A stretch of DNA of 53,087 nucleotides from contig RFIY01000119.1 of the NCBI GenBank assembly GCA_003695505.1, positions 1 through 53,087 on the forward strand, given 5' to 3'. Shown piece after piece: positions 26,601 to 33,569 of the stretch. The notes under the pieces are model-generated. The model was not told the origin of the DNA. It was given only the letters and a program-made list of their open reading frames with translations, and did no database searches. Made by a program: the position numbers and the translations under genes. Positions within the stretch are counted from its first letter, which is position 1; every line of letters starts with the position of its first letter. The stretch is from Candidatus Dadabacteria bacterium. GTDB lineage: Bacteria > J088.

Positions 26601-27292
26601 TCGATCGCGCCTATCGCAATATCAAACTGCGATTGCCCATGGATCGCATGGCGAAGCTGCTCGAACAGAAGGCTGCGTCCCTCAAGAAGGCGGTGGAAAC
26701 CTGGACGGGCGTCGTGCAATACAAGGATCCGTACTGGTCAAGCGCCGCACTGCACATGATTGGCGAGGCGTACCAGCATTTTGCGGACACCCTGTTCGAA
26801 GCACCGGTGCCGCCCGATCTGGACGAAGAAGAAGCCGAATTTTACAAAATGGAACTCGAAGACCAGGCCTTCCCGATCGAGGAAAAAGCGATGCAGGGCT
26901 GGCAGAAGAACCTCGAACTGGCCGTGCGCCTTGGCATCGACAATGAATGGGTCGAAAAGAGCCGCAACAAGCTGCTCGAACTGTATCCAGATGTCGCGCG
27001 CGTCAAAGGCAAGGAACGGCAATTGCTGGCCGACAACGAATTTTTCTATCGTTTCCCGGCCAGCTCCGAAGGCGGCGACAAGCTGAAATTCGATGGCCCG
27101 CGCGTCGTTTATCTGCAAACGCCATACCGGATCGAGAATCTCGAGCAGCGCTACGCAATCACGCTCGGCTGGACGGACCGGCAGAAGCGCGTGCTGTTCA
27201 ACGTCAGCGTGCCTGCACCAGCCGTTCTGGAAGACGGGCAGATCGTTGAACTCGACGGCATCCGCGACCTCTGGAAGAAGCACTTCCAATGA
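23693..27292 (+). CDS. giant periplasmic TPR-repeat protein (1199 aa), similar in size and architecture to GltD/NfsD (AgmU)
   Basis: ATGA overlap with the upstream stop. Signal peptide MIRPVSIRQAVCGGALALGLSLLPGMAFPQ. Numerous YbgF/BamD-style TPR units run along the whole length (e.g. DKALYKLAWTYYRMDDLDRALLGFVELIDY, EALFQTAWNAERVLDFNAAVSRYTELLDRFP). A low-complexity A/T/P linker lies mid-protein. Confidence 0.7.
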   Translation: MIRPVSIRQAVCGGALALGLSLLPGMAFPQTSAAVTDETLGFQLTERVRLATVQSRIQAQRTLMQWVRDQAVRIANTKQELERKQLRKAFDELVKTMRGKGSERRRKLIDEMQTFVQRYADTQASGDLLLRLAELYYEEANFQYILAMDEYERQYIAFEKGEADNPPEQPEPDYGPALELYREFTEAYKNHRYYRDGLYLYAYLLEESGFEDQAVEIYERLLETDPDGPLAPEVSFRVGQYYFLTGDLDLAAERYRHTLKLRDQTFYDKALYKLAWTYYRMDDLDRALLGFVELIDYGEKVPVGAEMRSESLQYMAIIFSDRGGLKDLEAFFAQIGPRSYKLEVIERLADLYFETADYRNALTVYRDLLDLQPYAATAPVLVRKIEDSWTKLENERQVVESWREFAERFGNGTTWQTRWKEADPRLAWDVQKEAEKKGFDYAAWWHGKGQATSDPAKRKQYYLRALKAYEAFEKQFDDSVRLAEAVFNQAEIHYDLGNWNKAGELYARVPEIAVDPTNELFSESAWNMILARRKALEVWERTPKAQAMLKAIAAERAKLEATAEKAQKEGSLARATRSVTGPAATTAATPTTAVAPQAPVEAPTRKRVGADGKTVKKKRTLPKAAMNLIRASLYYVRLYPLGERSPAVYYNTGDILMTYGLYGQARKQYISFVERFPDNAFVLDAIKQVVRTFLLEQKFGDLVEWGYSIYESPLANNPEIRDYFTTILSGAMFKDAQQLEKDEKLREAADAYLTLVDRFPESEFVDEALINAAAALQRQGDWERSTQVFLRFYEQFPDHPFASEALFQTAWNAERVLDFNAAVSRYTELLDRFPKHQKTKDALFNSANILAKLGQSRRAAELFLLYIERFPNEPDEADNIFFAARAYYDDGDLEKAEQLFNRYIKHKKRTEREVEALWYLSQIALERNDAKGYDKLLDRILEAYKRYTAEGKIVDPRFAAEAAFRKAEKVDRAYRNIKLRLPMDRMAKLLEQKAASLKKAVETWTGVVQYKDPYWSSAALHMIGEAYQHFADTLFEAPVPPDLDEEEAEFYKMELEDQAFPIEEKAMQGWQKNLELAVRLGIDNEWVEKSRNKLLELYPDVARVKGKERQLLADNEFFYRFPASSEGGDKLKFDGPRVVYLQTPYRIENLEQRYAITLGWTDRQKRVLFNVSVPAPAVLEDGQIVELDGIRDLWKKHFQ

Positions 27293-28767
27293 TCCGCTTC
27301 CGCTCGCCATATCGCTTCATCCCCGCCTTCCTGGCCGGACTGCTTGCTGTCGGCTGTGCGTCGACGACGCCATACACGCAGAAACTCGAAACGTCCACCG
27401 CAACCGACGCCGGCACGTCGAGTACGGACACGGCCGCCGAGCGGGCATTGCGCGAACGCATCGCGCGTGACCCAGGTGATTTCAATGCCTGGTACGATCT
27501 GGGCGTTCTCTATGAGCGCCGCGGCGCCATCGACCAGGCCGAGCAGGCCTGGCGCAAGGTACAACTGCTCGAACCGCGCCACATCCCCGCCGCGGTCAAC
27601 CTCGCGGCACTCTACAAGGCCCGCGGCCAGATCCGCGAAGCAATTGTGACGCTCAACGACCTGTTCGACACCGGCATGGACGATCCGCAGGCGCGCACCG
27701 ACCTGGCGATCCTTTACCGCCTCAGCGGCAACGCCGACCGAAGCCTGTACGAGTCGAGCGAGGTACTCAAACGATTCGGGCTGGTCTATGGCGCGATGCT
27801 CAATGCCGGCCTGGTCTATCTCGACACAGGCCGAACCGAAATGGCGTTGACGCTGTTTCTCGAGCTGAAGAACCAGTACCCCGACGACGCAGGGCTGCAC
27901 TTCAGCATCGGCAAAGCCTACCAGGCGCTCGGCAACCCGATCGCGGCCGAAAAAGAATACCAGCAGGCTATCAGTCTCGATACCAACGCATACGAAGCGT
28001 ATAACAACATCGGCGTCCTGCGCCTGCTCAAGAAAGAATACGCCGCGGCATTGACCCAGTTTGAACGGGCCGTTTCGGCCAACGTCAACTTTGCGACCGG
28101 CTGGCTCAACCGCGGTATCGCACTGCGCGGTCTGGAGCGCTATCGCGAGGCAGAGCAATCCTGGAAGCGGGCGCTGAGCATCCGCCCTGACTTTCCCGAG
28201 GCCGAATATAATCTGGCCCTGCTCTACGACGACTACTGGAACCGCCCGGACAACGCCATTACCGCCTGGCGTGCGTACCTGAAGCGATACGGAAAAACAC
28301 TGCCGGAAGACGAAGTCAAACGCATCGAGGATCGGATCGCGGCGCTGCTCGAGCGCAAGGAAAAACTCCGCGCCGAGGCCGAGCAGGAACCAGAGCCTGA
28401 GCCGGAACCGGAGCCGGCGCCTGAACCTGCGACGACGCCCGCTGCTCCGGCGGCAATGACCACCCCGGATGCGGCCACCGCAACGACCCCACCTGCGCCC
28501 GTCTCCACGCCCGCCGAGGCATCCGCGCCCGAGGAACAACCCGAACCTGCTGCAACGACCAGCTCGGAACCCGACTACGCCGAGATTGCCGAGGCCTTCA
28601 ACCAGGCGCGTCAGGATGCGGGACTCCCGCCCGTTGAACCAACGCGTCTGATCGAACAACTCGCCAACAAGGCCGCCGAATTGCAACAGAAGAGCGGCAA
28701 AGCCTGGACGTTCGAAGTCCAGACCGATGGGGACAAGCCCAAACTGGTGCCAAAGGCGCTTGAATAG
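27289..28767 (+). CDS. TPR lipoprotein (492 aa) with an (EP)n/T/A/P-rich linker, similar in size and architecture to GltE/NfsE (AglT)
   Basis: ATGA overlap with the upstream gene. Signal peptide FIPAFLAGLLAVGC-AST. Classical TPRs (NAWYDLGVLYERRGAIDQAEQAWRKVQLLEPRH, HFSIGKAYQALGNPIAAEKEYQQAISLD, AYNNIGVL...). Linker EQEPEPEPEPEPAPEPATTPAAPAA.... Confidence 0.7.
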   Translation: MIRFRSPYRFIPAFLAGLLAVGCASTTPYTQKLETSTATDAGTSSTDTAAERALRERIARDPGDFNAWYDLGVLYERRGAIDQAEQAWRKVQLLEPRHIPAAVNLAALYKARGQIREAIVTLNDLFDTGMDDPQARTDLAILYRLSGNADRSLYESSEVLKRFGLVYGAMLNAGLVYLDTGRTEMALTLFLELKNQYPDDAGLHFSIGKAYQALGNPIAAEKEYQQAISLDTNAYEAYNNIGVLRLLKKEYAAALTQFERAVSANVNFATGWLNRGIALRGLERYREAEQSWKRALSIRPDFPEAEYNLALLYDDYWNRPDNAITAWRAYLKRYGKTLPEDEVKRIEDRIAALLERKEKLRAEAEQEPEPEPEPEPAPEPATTPAAPAAMTTPDAATATTPPAPVSTPAEASAPEEQPEPAATTSSEPDYAEIAEAFNQARQDAGLPPVEPTRLIEQLANKAAELQQKSGKAWTFEVQTDGDKPKLVPKALE

Positions 28768-28853
28768 CCCCAAGAATCAGAACGCCGTTCCGATTGCACC
28801 ACTTTCTTGCTTATGCATCGAAAAGACGTTAAAATACCTTGACTCGTTTCGAC

Positions 28854-28867
28854 CTGGCATATGCCAG
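28854..28867. promoter_or_regulatory. perfect 14-bp palindrome CTGGCATATGCCAG in the AT-richer gap upstream of the terminal lipoprotein gene, with TTGACT at 28839-28844
   Basis: Read directly from the sequence. It sits about 30 nt upstream of the GTG start at 28898 and just downstream of a -35-like TTGACT, so it could be an operator overlapping an internal promoter. Confidence 0.4.
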
Positions 28868-28897
28868 CAACACACAACAACAGAGGAGAAGGAACCC

Positions 28898-29659
28898 GTG
28901 TTTCTCAAACGTTTCGTTATGCTTTCTTCCATCGCCCTTCTGTCCGGCGGCATGGCCTGTGGCCTCGTCGATGATGCGCTGAACAACCTCGCGGCCCAGC
29001 TCGAGGAAGAGGCGGCTTCAGCCGGCATCGATGTCAACGCAACCATTCCTGATCAGCAGCAGGCTGAAGAAATTTTCGGGGCGACCGTCAATGCGATCAT
29101 GGGCAGCGCAATGGAAGTGGCAATGCAGGCCGCGCAAGAATCGGCCGGCGGCGCCGCTCCAATGCAGGACGCTCAGACGATTACGGTCAACAAGACAATT
29201 GATGTCGAAGGCGGCGGTACGCTGACCGTTGACGGTACCGTGACGCAGGAGCAGACCGAAACCAGCATCACCATGACCCAGGACATTACCGTGACCTGGT
29301 CGGGCGTGAATGTTCCGACAGAAAATGGTGCGGTCGAAACCTCCGGAAAATTGGTGCAAGTCACGACGCTCGAAATCGACCCGCAAGCACAAAGCCCCGA
29401 GCCCAGCTCGGTCGAAAGCGATCTGGTTGGTCAGATCACCACGCCGGCCGGAGCGTTCGCATTCGACGTCCATATTTCTCTCGCCAGCAACACCCTGACC
29501 ATCGAAGGGACGCTGAATGGCAAGGACTACAGCCAGACGATCGACCTGTCTCAGCTCGAAGATGACATGGGGGGTGCACCGGACGGTACGACTGATACCG
29601 TAACCGGCCCCACCGATGGCGTGACCGACTCGTCCTTGCCTGGTACGACAACGCCGTGA
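28898..29659 (+). CDS. probable lipoprotein, Thr/Gln/Glu-rich (253 aa)
   Basis: The GTG start has GAGGAG 9 nt upstream. Signal peptide VFLKRFVMLSSIALLSGGMAC. The extended ORF start at 28727 would overlap the preceding gene. Confidence 0.55.
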   Translation: MFLKRFVMLSSIALLSGGMACGLVDDALNNLAAQLEEEAASAGIDVNATIPDQQQAEEIFGATVNAIMGSAMEVAMQAAQESAGGAAPMQDAQTITVNKTIDVEGGGTLTVDGTVTQEQTETSITMTQDITVTWSGVNVPTENGAVETSGKLVQVTTLEIDPQAQSPEPSSVESDLVGQITTPAGAFAFDVHISLASNTLTIEGTLNGKDYSQTIDLSQLEDDMGGAPDGTTDTVTGPTDGVTDSSLPGTTTP

Positions 29660-29689
29660 TACAGATCTGACTGCAAACAGCAGAGAAAA

Positions 29690-29717
29690 GCCGCCCGCTT
29701 GCGGGCGGCTTTTTTTT
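29690..29717. terminator. rho-independent terminator closing the 18.2-29.7 kb plus-strand cluster
   Basis: GCCGCCCGC-TT-GCGGGCGGC forms a 9-bp GC stem followed by T8 (29710-29717). It lies between convergent genes. AAAA precedes the stem, so weak bidirectional activity is possible. Confidence 0.8.
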
Positions 29718-29746
29718 CTGTCAATGTCTTCAGGTGCGCCGGAGCC

Positions 29747-30163
29747 TCAGATCGGCCCGGAGTCCAGCCCGTGCTGCGCGGCGATGCCACGCAGCCAGTC
29801 GCGTGCCGACGACTCGTCGTTGAAGACGCGGACGTCGTTGGGCAGGCGCATCAGCTTGAGAATCGGGTTGATCACGGCTTTGAGCAGATGGCTGCGAATC
29901 AGGATCGCGGAGGCCGGGCTACAGCGGTGCATGGCGTCACGATGATCCCGCGCCCACTGCCCCAGGTAGCGATGCACGGCCAGTGACGCCTTGAGTTTGC
30001 AGTCACGGTAGTCGATGATGGCCACATAGCGTGCGTCGTCCGCCATCAGGCGCTCGAAACCGCCGCACTGCTGCTTGCATTCATCCATCGCCAGCGTGCC
30101 GTGTCCCTTGACCACGACCAGTGGCAGATTGGCGTCGTTGAATTCGATCGATCCAGAAGCCAT
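29747..30163 (-). CDS. hypothetical protein (138 aa)
   Basis: GAGGAG lies 6 nt upstream of the ATG, and codon usage matches the neighbours. No confident family assignment (possibly a STAS/SpoIIAA-like fold). Confidence 0.45.
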   Translation of the reverse strand: MASGSIEFNDANLPLVVVKGHGTLAMDECKQQCGGFERLMADDARYVAIIDYRDCKLKASLAVHRYLGQWARDHRDAMHRCSPASAILIRSHLLKAVINPILKLMRLPNDVRVFNDESSARDWLRGIAAQHGLDSGPI

Positions 30164-30244
30164 GTCATTCTCCTCTTCGAGTCATCGGTCCAGAATCAAT
30201 GTCGCACGAAATGCGCCACGTCGCACCGTGCCGCGATCCGTGGA

Positions 30245-30865
30245 TCAAAGCGAGACGCCCCAGTCGCAGACCGGCAGATCGTCCTGCAGCATCGACGCCG
30301 CGCGTACGGCGAGGATCTCCGGCAACTGTTCCGGAAAGGTGCTTCGCCCGCTCACGAGAAACTGCAACACCGCTGGCGTGACGAGGCCGTGCATCACCAC
30401 GGCCACGAACTGACGTCGCTGCGGTTCGATCTCCGGCGCGACCCGGTCCAGGCGATCCGACAGGATGCCGCGCGAACGCGACAGCCGCTGCACGAGTTCG
30501 CTGCGCGGGATGTCCTGCTGCGGACCAAACATGATGCTGAACACGAATTTCGCCGTTACCGGAACCCGCTGCATCCGGCTCAGCACATACTCGGCATATG
30601 CCTGAAACACCGCTTTCGCGTCGTCGGCCTCGGCCAGGGTTTGTTCGAGCTCGTCACAATAGGTGCCGAAGCGGTCCTCGATCAATGTCCAGAGCAGCTT
30701 TTCCTTGCTGCCAAAAAAGTGGTACAGACTGGGCTGCGTCACACCCGCGGCCTGACAGATGTCGCGCACGCTCGTGGCCGAATAGCCGCGATCGGCAAAC
30801 AGCGCCTCGGCCGCTTCGAGCAGACTGGCCTTTCCATCACGCATGGCTGAGCTCCGTCGTGTCAC
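30245..30865 (-). CDS. TetR/AcrR-family transcriptional regulator
   Basis: HTH LLEAAEALFADRGYSATSVRDICQAAGVTQPSLYHFFGSKEKL. It overlaps the end of the upstream LLM gene. An alternative start is 30844. Confidence 0.85.
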   Translation of the reverse strand: MTRRSSAMRDGKASLLEAAEALFADRGYSATSVRDICQAAGVTQPSLYHFFGSKEKLLWTLIEDRFGTYCDELEQTLAEADDAKAVFQAYAEYVLSRMQRVPVTAKFVFSIMFGPQQDIPRSELVQRLSRSRGILSDRLDRVAPEIEPQRRQFVAVVMHGLVTPAVLQFLVSGRSTFPEQLPEILAVRAASMLQDDLPVCDWGVSL

Positions 30866-31871
30866 GCCACGACGCGACCAGCCGTGACAATGCGTCGAGA
30901 TCAGGCGCGTCCAGAAGCATCAGCGATATGTCGTCGGCCCACGCGAGCCTTTCGTGCAGCTTGCGGGCCACCTGCTTCGGCGGCCCGAGAACGGCGAACG
31001 CGTCGACAACGTCATCGAATACGGCGTCGGCCAGCGCCTGCCAGCGCTGCTGGCGAACGAGCTGGGCACACGCGTCGCAGAGATCCTCCAGGCCTGATGC
31101 CGCGAAAATCGGCGCATAGGCGGGCGTCGATGCATAAAAGCCAATCTGGGCGCGTATCCGCTGCCGACCCTGTTCGAGAACCTCCTCGCGATCGGACACG
31201 CAAACGATCGCCTGCGCGATCAGCTCCAGCGGCGCAGCGCTGTCATCGCGCCGCGCACGTCCTTCCGCGAGTGCGGACCGCGTTACCGTGTCGAAATACG
31301 GCCCGGTCGCCAGCGGAAAGACCACAAACCCGTCGGCGCACTCCGCCGCGAGCGCGGTCATCGCGGGTCCGACCGCCGCGAGCCAGACCGGTGGCGGCCC
31401 AGCGTCACATCTCGCTGGTCGAAACATTGGCTGCATCCGCGTATGGCGGACGAAACGTCCTTCGACGTGCAGCGGGACATCGTGATACCAGTTGTCGAAA
31501 ATGGCGCGGATCGCCTGGATATACTCGCGCATGCGCGAGACAGGCGGTGCCCAGGGCATCCCGTATCGCTCTTCGACATTCTCCCGAATCTGCGCACCTA
31601 GTCCGAGCGCGAATCGGCCGCCCGTAAGCAGTTGCAGGTCATTCGCCGCATACGCCAGCGTCATCGGATTCCGCGCGAACGCGACGGCAATCTGCGTGGA
31701 CAGCCGCGCGTCTCCGAGACCCTGAGCGACTGCGGCGGCCTGTACGAAGACATCTCCCGCCCCCTCGAACAGGAACATTCCGTCACAACCCGTCGCCCGA
31801 ACGTCCCGGGCCAACGCCGCGAGCGCCCGTGGATCAGCCGCGGCCAGCGGCAGATGGAGTCGTGGTGGCAT
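30837..31871 (-). CDS. luciferase-like monooxygenase (LLM) class flavin/F420-dependent oxidoreductase
   Basis: Length and sequence are typical of the LLM TIM-barrel family (RFALGLGAQIRENVEERYGMPWAPPVSRMREYIQAIRAIF...). Confidence 0.8.
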   Translation of the reverse strand: MPPRLHLPLAAADPRALAALARDVRATGCDGMFLFEGAGDVFVQAAAVAQGLGDARLSTQIAVAFARNPMTLAYAANDLQLLTGGRFALGLGAQIRENVEERYGMPWAPPVSRMREYIQAIRAIFDNWYHDVPLHVEGRFVRHTRMQPMFRPARCDAGPPPVWLAAVGPAMTALAAECADGFVVFPLATGPYFDTVTRSALAEGRARRDDSAAPLELIAQAIVCVSDREEVLEQGRQRIRAQIGFYASTPAYAPIFAASGLEDLCDACAQLVRQQRWQALADAVFDDVVDAFAVLGPPKQVARKLHERLAWADDISLMLLDAPDLDALSRLVASWRDTTELSHA

Positions 31872-31882
31872 CCGCCGTCGTC

Positions 31883-32683
31883 TTATTCCCCGGTGAACCG
31901 GGGTTCACGCTTCTCCATGAAGGCCGTCGGTCCTTCGCGGGCATCCTTCGAACGAAAGACCGGTTCACCAATCTCCAGCGACTTCGCGATCGCGTCCTCG
32001 GCAGGTACGCCATCGGTCTCGACCAGGGCGCGCTTGACGGCCTGGACCGCCACCGGACCGCACTTCGCGATGCGCTCGGCGACCTCCATCGCCTTGTCCA
32101 GTGCCTTGCCATCGTCGACCACGTAATTGATCAGGCCGTAGTGGAGCGCTTCGTCGGCCGTCAGACGGCGTCCACTGAGCAGCATCTCGGCTGCGATCGC
32201 ATACGGGAGTTGCCGGCGCAGGCGCACCGTGCTGCCACCAAGCGGAAACAGGCCAAGCTGTACTTCGGTGACGCCAAACACGGCGCTCCGGCCCGCGACG
32301 CGAATATCGGTTCCCTGCAGGATTTCGGTACCTCCTGCCAGCGCGAAGCCCTCGACCGCGGCAATCAGCGGTTTCTTTGTCAGGTACTTGAGCAGCAGCG
32401 CTTTCCAGTGCAACTCGGGATCTTCCTGCATCCGCTGCATCCAGACATCGCCTGCGTCCCATTTGCCGCTCGACATCGCGCCAAGGTCGCTTCCGGCGCA
32501 GAAAACACCGCCCTTGCCCGTCAGCACGATGGCGCGTACATCCCGGTCGTTGTCGGCCTCTTCCCAGGCGTCGGCCATGCGCACCAGCATTTCGATGCTC
32601 AGCGCGTTGCGCTTGTCTGGCCGGTTGAACGTACACAGGGCGACGTGGCCCCGTTTCTCGTACAGAAAATGTGCTTCGGACAT
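31883..32683 (-). CDS. enoyl-CoA hydratase/isomerase (crotonase) family protein
   Basis: RPDKRNALS, VLTGKGGVFCAGSDL, PLIAAVEGFALAGGTE, GLFPLGGSTVRL. Confidence 0.9.
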   Translation of the reverse strand: MSEAHFLYEKRGHVALCTFNRPDKRNALSIEMLVRMADAWEEADNDRDVRAIVLTGKGGVFCAGSDLGAMSSGKWDAGDVWMQRMQEDPELHWKALLLKYLTKKPLIAAVEGFALAGGTEILQGTDIRVAGRSAVFGVTEVQLGLFPLGGSTVRLRRQLPYAIAAEMLLSGRRLTADEALHYGLINYVVDDGKALDKAMEVAERIAKCGPVAVQAVKRALVETDGVPAEDAIAKSLEIGEPVFRSKDAREGPTAFMEKREPRFTGE

Positions 32684-32737
32684 CGATGGTCCTCCCGGAC
32701 TGCTATCGTATTGTATGTTGCCTTGCTACAGGCTATA

Positions 32738-32747
32738 ACGAACGTTA
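32738..32747. promoter_or_regulatory. AACGAACGTT half-palindrome in the divergent region between the crotonase operon and the PAP2 gene
   Basis: It shares the 10-nt core with the full palindrome at 33485-33498 and lies 24 nt upstream of the PAP2 ATG. Confidence 0.35.
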
Positions 32748-32770
32748 GATTCGCGCAAGCACGTCACCGG

Positions 32771-33439
32771 ATGCTGTCCACCTGCGGAAGTACACCATTG
32801 ACTTCGACGACGACTGAAACTCTGGAACCACGCATCCTCCTGCTCCGCTGGGCGACGGCCTTTCTGATCGCGGCCGCTCAGACCTGGGTGTATATTCTGC
32901 TCAACGTCTGGAACATCTCGCGTTTCGACAGTGGCGCGTGGTCCGCGATCAGCCTGCACACGCCGCTGGACGATCTGATCCCGTTCGTTCCCGAGGCCAT
33001 CTGGACGTACCAGTTGTACTATCCGCTCGTGCTGCTACCCGTGTTTCTGATCCACAATCAACGCGTCCTGCGCGAAACCGCGGCAGCGTACATTCTGATG
33101 CTTGGCATTGGCGCCCTGTCCTGGATCCTGATCCCGGTGCGCATGGTCTATCCAGAGATCGGCTGCCATTCCGTCAGTTGCGAATGGCTCGCCCACCTCT
33201 ACACGATCGACCAGGGCGTCAACGTCTTTCCGAGCGAACACACGTCTCTCAGCCTCTATGTCGCCATCCGCTACGTCGAGTCGCGGCATCCGTTCGCCAT
33301 TCCGGTCGCGATCGCCGCAGCGGCGGTGATTGCGTCCACGGTCCTGATCCGCCAGCACTACCTGCTGGATCTGCCGGCGGGCGCGCTCGTCGCCTGGATC
33401 TCGTGGCGCGTTTCGCGCCACTATTTTCGCGGCAAATAG
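32771..33439 (+). CDS. PAP2_C/sphingomyelin-synthase-like integral membrane phosphotransferase
   Basis: Start is Met315 of the 31829..33439 ORF; the upstream part is antisense to the crotonase gene. About six hydrophobic segments. FPSEHTS (SGHT-like) and IRQHYLLDLPAG (HYxxD) motifs. Confidence 0.65.
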   Translation: MLSTCGSTPLTSTTTETLEPRILLLRWATAFLIAAAQTWVYILLNVWNISRFDSGAWSAISLHTPLDDLIPFVPEAIWTYQLYYPLVLLPVFLIHNQRVLRETAAAYILMLGIGALSWILIPVRMVYPEIGCHSVSCEWLAHLYTIDQGVNVFPSEHTSLSLYVAIRYVESRHPFAIPVAIAAAAVIASTVLIRQHYLLDLPAGALVAWISWRVSRHYFRGK

Positions 33440-33484
33440 GTACCATTCGCCACCCAGGCACACGCTCAGACGGCAACAAAAGGC

Positions 33485-33498
33485 AACGAACGTTCGTT
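33485..33498. promoter_or_regulatory. perfect 14-bp palindrome AACGAACGTTCGTT upstream of the sulfotransferase gene (operator candidate)
   Basis: Read directly. It sits in a visibly AT-richer 130-nt intergenic region, 72 nt upstream of the TTG start at 33570. Confidence 0.45.
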
Positions 33499-33569
33499 AG
33501 GTCAATTTGGCAAAACCTTTTTGTTTCGTTATGATTCTTTACAGCAGAACCTGTTGAGCGGACATTCAT

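Noticed and set aside
31829-32770. The N-terminal 314 codons of the 536-aa ORF 31829..33439.
   Set aside because: This part is antisense to the crotonase gene. Only the portion from Met315 (32771) has membrane-protein character and PAP2 motifs.
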